The notes under the pieces: generated by a model
What the model saw: the letters and a program-made list of their open reading frames with translations, nothing else
The model's database searches: none
Told to the model about the DNA's origin: nothing
Shown here: piece by piece, positions 1-10,601 of the stretch
Position numbering within the stretch: the stretch's first letter is position 1
Layout of the letters: each line of letters opens with the position of its first letter
Source: an uncultured delta proteobacterium
Lineage (GTDB): Bacteria; Myxococcota; Myxococcia; Myxococcales; Anaeromyxobacteraceae
Direction: 5' to 3'
DNA length: 64,000 bases
Assembly (NCBI GenBank): GCA_963845515.1
Contig: CAWJSR010000010.1
Location: 128,001 to 192,000 of the forward strand
Program-made: the position numbers and the translations under genes

Positions 1-3
1 GCC

Positions 4-816
4 ATGGCCGCGTCGCGGCTTCAGCTCGCCGGCGCCGGCGAGGTGCTGGCCAACTTCGGCGACGCCGAGGCGTCGCTCGAGTCGCTGAAGGCGCTCGGCC
101 GGACGTCGCTCTGGATCGTCGGCGTCCTCTTCCTCCTGCAGGTCGCCGCCTCCGCGATCTGCGCCGCGATCGTGGCCCCGTCCCTCGGCGTGACCGTCGG
201 GCCGGCCTCCGCGCCGCGGCGCGTGGCCACCGTCGCGACGGCGGCGCTCGCCAGCCTGGCGCTCTTCGCCCTCCTCCCCGCCGCCGGGGCCGTCCCCGGC
301 CTCCTCCTCCTCTCGCAGGCCGAGGGCGCCGTGGCCTGGGCGGGGGCGCTGGCGCTCCTCCTCGGCGGCGCCGGGATCGCCCTCCTCTTCACGGTCCTGT
401 GGACGCTGCTCGTCCCCGCGGTCGCGGCCATCGAGGGGCGCCCGCACTTCGCCGCCGTGAGGCGCTCGGTCGCGCTGATGCGGTCGACCCCCGGCCTGCC
501 GTATCTGGAACGCCCGGCGCTGCGCGCCTCCCTCGTCCTCTTCGCCACCTTCGCCATCGCGCTGGCGGTCAACCTGATCGTCGGAGTGCCGCGCGGGATC
601 ATCGGCCGCCTCTCCGGCGGTTCGGCCCTCCTCCCGGCGCCGCTCTCGCCCTGGGCGGAGCTCCCGCTCGGCATCTTCGAGACGGTCGCCACCGCCGCCC
701 TGCAGCCCTTCAGCCTGGTCGCGGTGACGGTCCTCTACTTCGACCGGCGGGCCCGGCGCGAGGGGCTCGACCTCGAGCGCTTCGCCGCCGAGGTGGAGGC
801 AGGGGAGCCGCGATGA
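4..816 (+). CDS. Integral membrane protein of the MoxR/DUF58 cluster (probably 5'-truncated by the window edge)
   Basis: Several hydrophobic helices; C-terminal 'VTVLYFDRRARREGLDL' typical of membrane proteins in DUF4129-DUF4350-MoxR-DUF58 clusters; ATGA overlap with next gene. Confidence 0.65.
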   Translation: MAASRLQLAGAGEVLANFGDAEASLESLKALGRTSLWIVGVLFLLQVAASAICAAIVAPSLGVTVGPASAPRRVATVATAALASLALFALLPAAGAVPGLLLLSQAEGAVAWAGALALLLGGAGIALLFTVLWTLLVPAVAAIEGRPHFAAVRRSVALMRSTPGLPYLERPALRASLVLFATFAIALAVNLIVGVPRGIIGRLSGGSALLPAPLSPWAELPLGIFETVATAALQPFSLVAVTVLYFDRRARREGLDLERFAAEVEAGEPR

Positions 817-1554
817 GCGCCCTCCTGGCGCTGCCGCTCGCGCTCGCGCTCGCCGCCGCGCCGGAGGGCTGTCCGGAGCCCGCCGCCGAGACCGGGCCGC
901 TCGCCGCGTGGTGCGCCACGGTCGCCGCCCGGCCGCGCCTCGCCCTCCCCAGCGCCGAGGACCGGCGGACGCTGCGGGAGGTCCTCGAGCGGCCGGAGCT
1001 GCGCCGCGCGCGCGCCGACACCGCGGGCTTCCGGAGGATGATCGCGAGGCTCTGGGCCCGCGCCATGGAGCTGCTCGGGAGCGCCGAGGCCGAGCGGTAC
1101 GCCGCCGTCGGACGGATCGTCTTCGTCGCCGCCGGCGTCACCGCGCTGCTCGCGGCGCTGGCGGCGCTGCCGCCGGCGCAGGGCGCCAGGTCGCGCCAGC
1201 CGGACCCAGGACGAGCCGGTGCCAGGCCGCGTCCCTCCCCCGGATCGGAGCGCTGCGCTCGCTGAGACCGCCTTCGCCCGCGGCGACCTCCGAGAGGCCG
1301 TGCGGCACGCCTTCCTGTCGGCGCTGGCCGCGCTGGAGGCGGCCGGCCGCCTCCCACGAGACCGGACGCTGACCAACGGGGAGCTCGCCGCGCGCCTCGC
1401 CGGCGACGGCGGAAGCGTCGCCGACGAGTTCGGCGCGCTGGGCCGCACCTTCGACCGCACGGTCTACGGCAGGTCCCGCCTCGACGAGTCGATCGCCCGC
1501 GAGAGCCTCGCCCTGGCGCTCCGGATCCGATCCTCCGCGGGGGAGCGGACGTGA
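813..1554 (+). CDS. DUF4129 domain membrane protein (frameshift near 1170)
   Basis: ATG at 813 with signal peptide and one TM helix; other frame gives 'GDLREAVRHAFLSALAALE...DRTLTNGE...FDRTVYG', DUF4129-like; removing one C near 1170 joins the frames. Confidence 0.7.
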
Positions 1555-2681
1555 GGAGCGGCGCGGCGCTCGTGGCCGCCGGCGTCGCCGCGCTCGCGCT
1601 CGTCGCGGCCGCCGGGACGATCTCCAGCCAGCGCCAGCGGGCGTTGACGCCGTCGCCGCTGCCCACGGTGGGGAACGCCGGCCCTCGTGGCCTCGCTGCG
1701 GCCCGCGCCTGGCTCGCCGCCACCGGGCGGCCGCACCGCGTGCTCGGCGCGGGCGACGCCGGGCCCTCGCGCGGCGAGGTGCTGCTCCTCCTCGCGGCGC
1801 CGTCTCCGCTCACCGATGGGGAGGCCGCCGCCCTGCTCGCCCACGCCGAGCGCGGCGGGCTGGTGGTCTGGGCGCTGGGGAGCGCCCCCCAGCCGGCGTT
1901 GGAGCGCCGGCTGGGCGTGTCCCGCGCCGTCGTCGCGAGCGACCTCGAGGAGCACGCCGCGACGCCGCTCGCGCCGCACCCGCTCTTCGACGGCATCGCC
2001 CTGCGCACTGGTGGGGCCGCGCTGCGCATCGAGGCGAGGGGGGCCCTCCCAGTCGCCGGCGAGCCTGAGCGCGTCGGCGCCGTGTCGCTGCCGATCGGCG
2101 CGGGCGAGGTGGTGGTGCTGGCCGGGACCGACCCGCTGGAGAACTTTCGCCTCGGCGATGGCGGAAACCTCGGCCTCCTCTCCCGCCTCGCCTCCGTCGG
2201 GCCGATCGCGTTCGACGAGCGGCACCTCGCCGGCCCGGGCGCGGCGGGCGACCTGGGATGGGGCCGGCTCGGACCGCTCGCCGCCCAGGCGCTCCTCGCG
2301 GCTACCGTGCTCCTGCTGGCGCTTGGACGGCGGCTCGGTGCGGTGCGCACCTCGACGCTGGCGCCCGGGGGGGCCACGGCGCGCGACTACCTCGTGTCGC
2401 TCGCCCGCCTTTACAGGCGCGCCGGGGCGGAGCAGGCGCTGAGGGCGGCCACGTGGCGTCGAGCGCGCGAGCAGCTCGAGCGGCGAACCGGGATCGGAGC
2501 CCGGACGCCGGATGACGAGGTGCTGAGGAGGCTGGCGAGCCGCTCACCCGCGGCTGCCCGCGCCTGCGAGCGAGGGCTGGCGGGGCTGCGGGCTCCTCCG
2601 AGCGAGGCGAGCTTCCTGATCGTCGCGCGGGCCGCCGGGGAGCTCGACGCGGCGCTGCGCTCCAGCGCACGCAGCGCCTAG
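1551..2681 (+). CDS. DUF4350 domain protein
   Basis: N-terminal TM, 'NAGPRGLAA', 'LENFRLGDGGN', 'FDERH', 'DYLVSLARLYRRA'; position upstream of MoxR. Confidence 0.7.
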   Translation: MRSGAALVAAGVAALALVAAAGTISSQRQRALTPSPLPTVGNAGPRGLAAARAWLAATGRPHRVLGAGDAGPSRGEVLLLLAAPSPLTDGEAAALLAHAERGGLVVWALGSAPQPALERRLGVSRAVVASDLEEHAATPLAPHPLFDGIALRTGGAALRIEARGALPVAGEPERVGAVSLPIGAGEVVVLAGTDPLENFRLGDGGNLGLLSRLASVGPIAFDERHLAGPGAAGDLGWGRLGPLAAQALLAATVLLLALGRRLGAVRTSTLAPGGATARDYLVSLARLYRRAGAEQALRAATWRRAREQLERRTGIGARTPDDEVLRRLASRSPAAARACERGLAGLRAPPSEASFLIVARAAGELDAALRSSARSA

Positions 2682-2728
2682 ACGCACCCGCGCCATTTGT
2701 GGTGGAGTCAACGATGGAGGGGAAAGCC

Positions 2729-3713
2729 ATGAACCGCGTCGGGCTCTTCGCGCTGCTAGTTATCGCCTCGCCTCATCTCGCGTTCGGCCAGGACGCCGCC
2801 CCCGCGGGTGGCGACGCCGCGGCGCCAGCGACTGCGGCCGAGACCGCCCCCGCACCGTCACCCGCGGTGGCCTCCCCGGTCGAGCCGGCGCCCGTCGAGG
2901 CGGCGCCGGCGGCTCCACGCGCCTCGGACGCGGGCGAGCCGATCTGGCTCCAGCTCAAGAGCGGCCAGGTCCTCAGCGGGCGCGTGGTCTCCCGCGACCC
3001 GCAGGCGCTGACGGTGGAGACCGACGACGGGGTCCGGACCACCGTCCCACTCTCCGCCATCGAGGAGTCCCGGTCCGGCCAGTCGGCGACCGGGCCCGCG
3101 TACCGGGATGACCCGAATCGGGTGCGCTACCTTTACTCACCCTCGGGCTTCATGCTGCCGCAGGGGCACTGGTACTTCTCGCAGACGGAGTTGCTCGTCA
3201 GCTCCGTCGCGTACGGAGCCACCGACAGGCTCACCCTGAACCTCGGCGGCGCGGTGCCGTTCTGGTTCGTACAAGACGGGTTCAACCTGATCGGCGGGAT
3301 CAAGATCGGCACCGACCTCGGCAGGTACGTCCACGTCGCGGGGAGCGCGCAGGCGCTCGTCATCCCCGCGCTCACCACGTCGGCGACCGTCGGCATGGCC
3401 TTCGGCACGGTGACCCTCGGACGCCCAGCTACCACCTCGGCCTCTCCGCCGACGCCCCGTTCGCCGCGTCTTCCGACGGTCGGAGGTCGGCGACTACGCC
3501 CTGTCGGTCAGCGGATCGGTGCGCGTCTCGCGCGGGCTCGGCATCGTCAGCGAGAACTGGTTCTTCCCCAACGCGGACGGGCTGGAGCCAGTCAACTCGC
3601 TAGGGGTCCGCTTCATCGGCGATCGGCTCGCCGTGGACGCGGCACTCATCTTCATCTCCGGCTCCCCGATCCCGATCCCGTGGCTGGACTTCACGTACCA
3701 CTTCGGCTCCTGA
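2729..3713 (+). CDS. Secreted or outer-membrane hypothetical protein (frameshifts about 3430-3490)
   Basis: Signal peptide, Pro/Ala linker, 'DPNRVRYLYSPSG', amphipathic strands ending 'PIPWLDFTYHFGS' in a second frame. Confidence 0.55.
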
Positions 3714-3737
3714 CTTCACCCGCCGAAAGGAGCGACG

Positions 3738-4698
3738 TTGGCGATCGCTGACGACCTCGCCGCAGCCTCGACCCGGCTCGAGGCGGAGATCGGCAAGGCG
3801 GTGGTCGGCCAGCGGGAGGCGGTGACGGAGCTGCTCTCCGCCCTGCTCGCGGGCGGCCACGTGCTCCTCGAGGGTGTCCCCGGCGTCGCCAAGACGCTCC
3901 TCGCGAAGGCGCTGGCGCGGGCGCTCGACCTGCGCTTCGGCCGCGTCCAGTTCACGCCGGATCTGATGCCGTCGGACATCCTGGGCACCAGCGTCTACCG
4001 GCCCGAGACCGGCACGTTCGAGCTGCGGCGCGGACCGATCTTCACCGACGTCCTCCTCGCCGACGAGGTGAACCGGACGCCGCCCAAGACGCAGGCGGCG
4101 CTCCTCGAGGCGATGGAGGAGCGGCAGGTCACGCTGGACGGCCAGCGCCAGCCGCTCGGCGCGGAGTTCTTCGTCGTCGCCACGCAGAACCCGGTCGAGT
4201 ACGAGGGGACCTATCCGCTGCCCGAGGCCCAGCAGGACCGCTTCCTGGTGAAGGTGCGGCTCGACTACCCCGCGCTGGAGGACGAGCGGGAGATCCTGCG
4301 GCGTGCGGCTGCGGGCTTCGACGGCCACGACCTCGACGCCGCCGGCGTCCGGCCGGTGGTCACCCGTGAGCAGCTGCTCGCCCTGCGGGCGCATGCGAGG
4401 TCGCTCGCGGTCTCCGAGCCGGTCATCGAGTACGTCGCGCGAATCGTCCGCGCCAGCCGGGAGCTTCCCCGCGCGCGGCTGGGGGCGAGCCCGCGCGCCG
4501 GCGTCGCGCTGCTGGCGATGGCCCGCGCGAGGGCGGCGCTCCGCGGCGCGGAGTGGCTCGCCCCCGACGACGTCAAGGCGGTGGCCGCGCCGGTGCTGCG
4601 CCACCGGCTCGATCCTGCGGCCGGAGGCCGAGCTGGAGGGGGCGACCCCCGACGACCTCGTCGAGGAGCTGCTGGCGACCGTCGAGGTCCCGCGGTGA
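3738..4698 (+). CDS. moxR: MoxR-family AAA+ ATPase (frameshift near 4610)
   Basis: Walker A 'EGVPGVAKT', '[11 protein letters not shown]', Walker B 'LLADEVNR', '[22 protein letters not shown]'; C-terminus '[10 protein letters not shown]...VEVPR' in next frame. Confidence 0.9.
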
Positions 4699-6018
4699 CC
4701 GGCGGGCCATCCCGCTTCTGGCTCCCGACACCCCTCACCGCCCTCCTCCTCTCCCTCGGCCTCCTCCCGCCGCTCCTCTCTGGCGCCAGCGGGCTCCGGG
4801 CCATGGCGGCCTGGGACGTCGCTCCTCGCGCTCCTCTTCGCGGTCGACGCCTTCCTCGCCCCGGGGCCGGGCTCGCTCCGCGCAGCGCGCGCCTTCCGCG
4901 ATCCGCTCTCGGCCTTCGCACCCAACCGGATCACGCTCCGGCTCGAGAACGCCGGCGACCGCACGCTGCGGCTCGACGCCGCCGATGCCCCTCCGTCGAG
5001 CTTCGCGTCGACTGGCCACCGTCGACGGGTGGTGCTTCCACCGCGCGCCCAGCTGGCGCTCGCAGTACGACGCCGTCCCGCGCGAGCGCGGCCCGGTGAC
5101 CTTCGGCGACCTCCACGTCCGGGCCACCGGCCCCCTCGCGCTCGCGGCGCGCCAGTGGCGCGTGGCGCTCGAGCAGGGCGCGCGCGTCTACCCCGACCTG
5201 CGCTCCCTGGCCCTGCCCGCCGCCTCGCAGGACCTGGACGCAGCCCGCCGTCGACGGCGAGGGGCGCGCGAGGGGCGCGAGTTCGAGTCGCTCCGCCCGT
5301 ACCTCGCGGACGACGACGTCCGTGCGATCGACTGGAAGGCGACGGCGCGCCGAGGCTCGCCGGTCGTCCGCCAGTGGCAGCCGGAGCGGAACCAGACGAT
5401 CTGGCTGCTGGTCGACTGCGGCCGCCTCCTGTCGGCGCGCCTCCCAGACGGACGGACCAGGCTCGACCGCGCCGTCGACGCGTCCCTGGGGGTGGCTCGC
5501 GCCGCCGCCGCACGCGGCGACCGGGTCGGGGTCATCCTCTTCGGCGCCGAGGTGACGCGCGTCGTCCTGCCCGGGAGCGGGCGCGGGCAGCTCGGGACCG
5601 CTCGCCGACGCACTCCACTCCGCCCACGCCACGATGGACGAGTCGGACTACGGGGCCGCCCTGGACCTGCTCGAATCGCGGCAGCGCCGCCGTGCCTTCG
5701 TCCTGATCTTCACCGACCTCGCCGACCCGGACACGAGCGCCCTCCTCATCGCCCGCGCGGCACGGCTCAGGCGCCGGCACCTGGTCCTCGTCGCGGCGCC
5801 GGGGGACTCCGGAGATCGCCGACGCGGCCCGCGAGGTCCCCAGGAGCGCCGAGGACGCGTTCGTGCGGGTGGCGGCCGAGCGGATCGTGGCTGAGCAGGA
5901 CGCGGCGGCCGTGCGGCTCGCCGCGGCCGGGGTGCGCGTGGAGCGCTGCTCCGCCGCCGACCTCGGCGCGTCGGTGGTGGCGCGCTACCTCGAGATCAAG
6001 GCGACCGGTGCGCTCTAG
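4695..6018 (+). CDS. DUF58 domain protein (vWA-like partner of MoxR; several frameshifts)
   Basis: '[10 protein letters not shown]...[15 protein letters not shown]...[17 protein letters not shown]', 'LIFTDLAD'; ends '[11 protein letters not shown]' at TAG 6016-6018. Confidence 0.8.
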
Positions 6019-6080
6019 ACGGGCGCCGTGCAGCCTCCCTCCCGCTTGACCGCTCACCCTTCCAGGTGGAGCCTTTGGGA

Positions 6081-6971
6081 ATGCCACTCTTCAGCAGGCA
6101 TGACGGGGATCCGGTGCATGGGCTGCCGCCGGTCCGGCTGATCATGCCGTTCCTGCTGCGCCGGCGGAGCGAGAGCGTCGTCTTCCACGACTCGGCCTAC
6201 GAGATCGCCGCTGCGCGCGCGTGGCTGAGGGCCTACAACCGGACCCACGCCGAGCGGGCCACGCTCTTCGACCTGCTCGCGTACGCCTGCGCCGCCGCGC
6301 TCCACGCGCGTCCGGAGCTCAACCGCTTCGTCTCGGGCGGGAGGATCTACCAGCGGCGCGGCGTCCAGCTCGCCTTCGTCGCGAAGCGGGTGATGAGCGA
6401 CGAGGGGGCCACCGCCTCGGTGAAGCTGGAGGCCGGCGCGGGCGAGCCCTTCTCCGGGTTCGTCGGCCGCATCGCCACCGCGATCGGCGGCGCCAGGGGC
6501 GCGCCGCGCGCCATCGACCGCGAGGTCGCCCTCTTCACCAGGATCCCGGCGCCGATCCTGCGCGCGGCCGTCCGGCTGGTGCTCGCGCTCGACGACTGGA
6601 ACCTCCTCCCGCAGTGGTTCACGCGCGACGACCCGATGTTCGTGAGCCTCTTCCTCGCGAACCTGGGGTCGGCTGGCGTCAGCGACGCGTACCACCACCT
6701 CTACGAGTACGGCACCTGCTCGCTCTTCGGCGCCATGTCCGCGCCGCAGCGGATGACCTTCATCGAGGGCAGCAGCGTGGTCGTCCGGGAGGGGCTGCGG
6801 GTCCGCTGGACCTTCGACGAGCGCATCCACGACGCCTTCTATGCCGCGCGGTCACTGGCGCTCGTCCAGCAGATCATCGAGGACCCCGCGCGCCACCTGG
6901 GCCCGCCCGAGGGTGCGCCGGCGGTTGCGCCCGAGGCGTTGCGTCCGGGCGCGCCAACCCGGGCCTCGTGA
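6081..6971 (+). CDS. Stand-alone 2-oxoacid dehydrogenase E2/CAT-like acyltransferase catalytic domain
   Basis: 'RPELNRFVSG', 'SLFLANLGS', 'WTFDERIHDA'; no lipoyl domain. Confidence 0.7.
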   Translation: MPLFSRHDGDPVHGLPPVRLIMPFLLRRRSESVVFHDSAYEIAAARAWLRAYNRTHAERATLFDLLAYACAAALHARPELNRFVSGGRIYQRRGVQLAFVAKRVMSDEGATASVKLEAGAGEPFSGFVGRIATAIGGARGAPRAIDREVALFTRIPAPILRAAVRLVLALDDWNLLPQWFTRDDPMFVSLFLANLGSAGVSDAYHHLYEYGTCSLFGAMSAPQRMTFIEGSSVVVREGLRVRWTFDERIHDAFYAARSLALVQQIIEDPARHLGPPEGAPAVAPEALRPGAPTRAS

Positions 6972-6973
6972 CG

Positions 6974-7801
6974 ATGCGCCCCTCCGAGCGGCTCACCACA
7001 GCCTTCCTGCTCGCGCTCTCCGCCACCGCGGCGGTCGCCCGGCCGCCCGACCACCCCTGGCTGCCGCTCGCCTTCGGCGCCCTCGCGGCCGCGACCGCCC
7101 TGCTCGCGAGGATCGGCGCCCGCTCCGGCCGCTGGCTCCTCGCGCGCGATCTCTTCCCCGCGGTGGTCGTCCTCACGACCTTCAGCCTCCTCCAGCCGGC
7201 GATCGTCGCCCTCGTGCCCTGGCGGCTGGACGCCGCCCTCGCCGCGTCCGACGACCGCTGGCTCGGACCGCTCGTCGCCTCCTGGCGCGGGTTCCTCGGG
7301 CGCCCCGCGCCGCTCACCGACGCGACCTACCTGCTCTACCTGAGCTTCTACTTCCTCCCGCTCGCCGCGGCGCTGGCCGCGCGCGTCCGGCAGGGAGAGC
7401 AGGGCTTCGAGCGGGCGCTGCTCGTCATCCTGGGCACCTTCTACGCCTCCTGGGTCGGCTACTTCCTCTTCCCGGCCGAGGGCCCCCGGCTGGCGCCGGC
7501 GCTGGAGGCGGCCGTCATCGGGGGCGGGGCGATCAGCGAGGCCTCGCGCGCGTTCCTGCGCGCGGCCGAGGCGACGACGCTCGACGCCTTCCCGAGCGGC
7601 CACACCGCGGTGAGCCTCGTCGCAGCCGCGGTCGCGCCGGCGACCTCCCGCTGGAGCCGCGCCTGCTGGTGGGGGTGGGCCATCGGCGTCGTCTTCGCGA
7701 CGGTCTACGTCCACGTCCACTACGCCTCGGACGTGATCGCGGGCGGGCTGCTGGCGGCGGTGGCGCTGGCGTCAGCGCGTCGCCTGCGCGATCCAGTCTA
7801 G
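6974..7801 (+). CDS. PAP2-family membrane phosphatase/phosphotransferase
   Basis: Multiple TM helices; 'FPAEGPR', 'AFPSGH', 'HVHYASDVIAG'. Confidence 0.8.
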   Translation: MRPSERLTTAFLLALSATAAVARPPDHPWLPLAFGALAAATALLARIGARSGRWLLARDLFPAVVVLTTFSLLQPAIVALVPWRLDAALAASDDRWLGPLVASWRGFLGRPAPLTDATYLLYLSFYFLPLAAALAARVRQGEQGFERALLVILGTFYASWVGYFLFPAEGPRLAPALEAAVIGGGAISEASRAFLRAAEATTLDAFPSGHTAVSLVAAAVAPATSRWSRACWWGWAIGVVFATVYVHVHYASDVIAGGLLAAVALASARRLRDPV

Positions 7802-8089
7802 GTAGGCGTCGCTCCCCGCCTCGATGGAGAGGGCGATCACCTCCGGCACGTCGTAGGGATGCAGCGCCAGGATCCGGTCGCGCAGCTCGGCGAAGCGGCT
7901 CCGCCGGGTCTTGAGGAGCAGGAGGACCTCGGCGTCCTCCTGCACCTTCCCCTGCCAGCGGTAGATGGACCGGACGCCCGGGAGGACGTTGCCGCAGGCG
8001 GCCAGCCGCTCCTCCACGACGGCGCGGGCGATGGCGGCCGCGACGTCGGCGGAGGGGGCCGTCACGAGGACGACGATGGCGTCGGTCAC
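7772..8089 (-). CDS. cutA: Divalent-cation tolerance protein CutA
   Basis: 'LAACGN', 'SIYRWQG', 'HPYDVPEVIAL', 'YLDW'. Confidence 0.93.
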   Translation of the reverse strand: MTDAIVVLVTAPSADVAAAIARAVVEERLAACGNVLPGVRSIYRWQGKVQEDAEVLLLLKTRRSRFAELRDRILALHPYDVPEVIALSIEAGSDAYLDWIAQATR

Positions 8090-8095
8090 CCCACC

Positions 8096-8650
8096 TCAGC
8101 TGACCTGTGGCTGCTGGGCCGGCCTGGCCTCCGGCAGCGCCTCTGCGGCGGCCGCGGCCGCCGCGGCGGTGGCCGCAGCGAGATCCGCCTCGGACGCCGT
8201 CAGCACGCGGTCGATGTCGAGGAGGATCACGAACCCCTTGCCGACCTTCCCCATGCCGGTGATGTGGTCGAGCTTAACGCCGGTCCCGAAGGCCGGCGGG
8301 GGCTCGATGTCGTCGTTGGCCAGGTCGACGACCTCGCTGACGGCGTCGGCGATCACGCCCAGCGTGAGCGTCTCGTCCTTGGTCCTGGTCTCGACGACGA
8401 GGACGCAGGTCCGCTTCGTCTCCGGGACCTCGCTCTTGCCGAACTTCACGCCGAGATCGACGACCGGCACGACCGAGCCACGGACGTTGATCACGCCGCG
8501 GATCGAGGACGGCGTCCCGGGCACCCGGGTGACCCCCTCGAACTGCAGGATCTCCTTCACCTTGAGGATCGGAACGCCGAAGTCGGTCCCAGCGACCACG
8601 AACGAGAGGTACTGGTTCACCAGCGCTGCATTGGCTTCCCTGGAAGTCAC
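8096..8650 (-). CDS. cheW: Chemotaxis coupling protein CheW
   Basis: 'QYLSF', 'VKEI', 'RGVINVRGSVVPVVDL', 'IEPPP'. Confidence 0.93.
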   Translation of the reverse strand: MTSREANAALVNQYLSFVVAGTDFGVPILKVKEILQFEGVTRVPGTPSSIRGVINVRGSVVPVVDLGVKFGKSEVPETKRTCVLVVETRTKDETLTLGVIADAVSEVVDLANDDIEPPPAFGTGVKLDHITGMGKVGKGFVILLDIDRVLTASEADLAAATAAAAAAAAEALPEARPAQQPQVS

Positions 8651-8665
8651 GTATTCCTCCCGGCT

Positions 8666-10351
8666 CTAGAACCGCTGAAATCCACCGCTACCACCGTCGC
8701 CCGCCGGCGCGCCATTCTTCTTCTTCAGCGCGGGATGCGGCAGGTTCGGCTTCTCCACGACGGGGAGCGGCCGCGCGGCGTGCGGTGCGGGGAGCGTCGG
8801 GACGTGGATCGCGCGGCCACCCCTCGAGGCCAGCATCGCCTCGCGCACCTGGAAGAAGGCGACGACCTGGAGCAGCGCCTCGGCCTGCGAGGACATCTCC
8901 TCCGCGGTGCTCGACAGCTCCTCCGCCGCCGAGGCGTTCCGCTGCGTCACCTGATCGACCTGCGACATCGCCTTCGAGACCTGCGCCACCCCGGCGCTCT
9001 GCTCCTGCGACGCCGCGGCGACCTCCTGCACCAGGTCCGCCGTCTTCCGGATCGCCGGCACCAGCTCCGCGATCAGCACGCCGCTCTTCTCGGCCACCTT
9101 GACGCTCGTGCCGGCGAGCTCGCCGATCTCCTTCGCCGCCTTCTGCGCCCGCTCGGCGAGCTTGCGGACCTCCGTCGCGACCACCGCGAACCCGCGCCCG
9201 TGCTCCCCGGCGCGCGCCGCCTCGATCGCCGCGTTCAGCGCCAGGAGGTTCGTCTGGTAGGCGATCTCCTCGATGATCGAGATCTTCTCGGCGATCGACT
9301 TCATCGCCCCCACCGTCTCGTCGACGGCCTTCCCGCTCTCGTCCGCGTTCCGCGCCCCGGCGTTCGCCATCTGCTCCGTCTGCCGGGAGTTCTCCGCGTT
9401 CTGCGTGATCGACGCGCTCATCTCCTCCAGCGAGGAGGTCGTCTCCTCGACGCTCGCCGCCTGCTCGCCGGTCCCCTGCGACAGGCTCTGCGACGTCGAC
9501 GAGACCTGCGACGACGCCGCCGTCAGCGCCTCCGCGCCGCCGCGCACCTCGCCGATCACCTCGCCCAGCTTCTCCACCATGTTCTTCACCGCCGCGAGCA
9601 GCCGCCCGGTCTCGTCGCCGCGGTCGACCGTCGGGGCCTCGCGCAGGTCTCCGGCCGCCATCTTCTCCACCACGGCGACCACCACGCCGATCGGGCCGGT
9701 GATCGACTGCGTGATGTAGAGGCTGACGAGCACGCCGAAGAGCACGCCGGCGACCAGGATGAGGACCATCGTGCTCCTGACCGACCCGCGCGTCCCCTCG
9801 ATGACGTTGTCCTGCTCCTCCATCTCGGCGACGTGGCGCGCGGAGATGGCGTCGGCGACCTCGACGAGGTCGCGCACGGCGTCCTTGACCGGCCCGAGCG
9901 CCTCGTTCGCCTGGTGCGGCGTCGTGATCTCACCTGACCTGACCCGGGCCTGGACGTCCGAGAAGCCCGCCTCGTACGCCGCGAGCCCGCGCGTCATGCT
10001 CTCGAGCGCGGTGACATCCTCGGCCGTGTCGCCCAGCCTGGGGCGAATCGCGTCCATCTCCTTCTTGAGGGCCTCGCGCTCCCCCTCCCAGTTCCGGAGC
10101 GCCTTCGCGCCGTCTGCCTCGCTCGCGCCGATCGAGAGCAGGTAGTCCTTCTCGAAGCGCCGAACGCCCAGGCTGTGCTTCGCGATCTCCTCGGCGAGCT
10201 GCAGGTCCTTGGCCGGACCGGACAGGATCTCGTCCGTCTTGTTGGCGACGCTCTCCACGCCCCAGTAGCCAGTAGCGGCGACCGCGAGCGTGATCACGAG
10301 CATGATGGCGAAGCCGAGCGCGAGCCGAAGCCCGATAGGCAGGTTCTTCAT
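8666..10351 (-). CDS. Methyl-accepting chemotaxis protein
   Basis: Two TM helices around a periplasmic four-helix bundle, HAMP, signalling hairpin '[30 protein letters not shown]'; C-terminal pentapeptide GFQRF. Confidence 0.95.
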   Translation of the reverse strand: MKNLPIGLRLALGFAIMLVITLAVAATGYWGVESVANKTDEILSGPAKDLQLAEEIAKHSLGVRRFEKDYLLSIGASEADGAKALRNWEGEREALKKEMDAIRPRLGDTAEDVTALESMTRGLAAYEAGFSDVQARVRSGEITTPHQANEALGPVKDAVRDLVEVADAISARHVAEMEEQDNVIEGTRGSVRSTMVLILVAGVLFGVLVSLYITQSITGPIGVVVAVVEKMAAGDLREAPTVDRGDETGRLLAAVKNMVEKLGEVIGEVRGGAEALTAASSQVSSTSQSLSQGTGEQAASVEETTSSLEEMSASITQNAENSRQTEQMANAGARNADESGKAVDETVGAMKSIAEKISIIEEIAYQTNLLALNAAIEAARAGEHGRGFAVVATEVRKLAERAQKAAKEIGELAGTSVKVAEKSGVLIAELVPAIRKTADLVQEVAAASQEQSAGVAQVSKAMSQVDQVTQRNASAAEELSSTAEEMSSQAEALLQVVAFFQVREAMLASRGGRAIHVPTLPAPHAARPLPVVEKPNLPHPALKKKNGAPAGDGGSGGFQRF

Positions 10352-10601
10352 TGTTCTCATCCCCTCATTCCCAGCCGAGTTCTTCGGCCGCATCCGCCCA
10401 GGGCGGTTCAGGGCTGCTCTGCAACCTCAGGCCCCCCGGCTTTCACGCTTCGTGCACCGACCAGCGCCGAAACCCGGAGTCAGTACAGTCACATGGTGAC
10501 GGGGCTTGAAAAGGTGCGACGAGGCGCCTCACGCGGCGATCCAGACCCCGGGTACGGCGCAACCCGCCCCCCCCTGCTCGCGTCGACTTGGAGCCCGCAG
10601 C

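Noticed and set aside
10360..10420. Sigma-28 promoter for MCP-cheW
   Set aside because: A GCCGAAGA -10-like element is present but there is no correctly spaced TAAA -35
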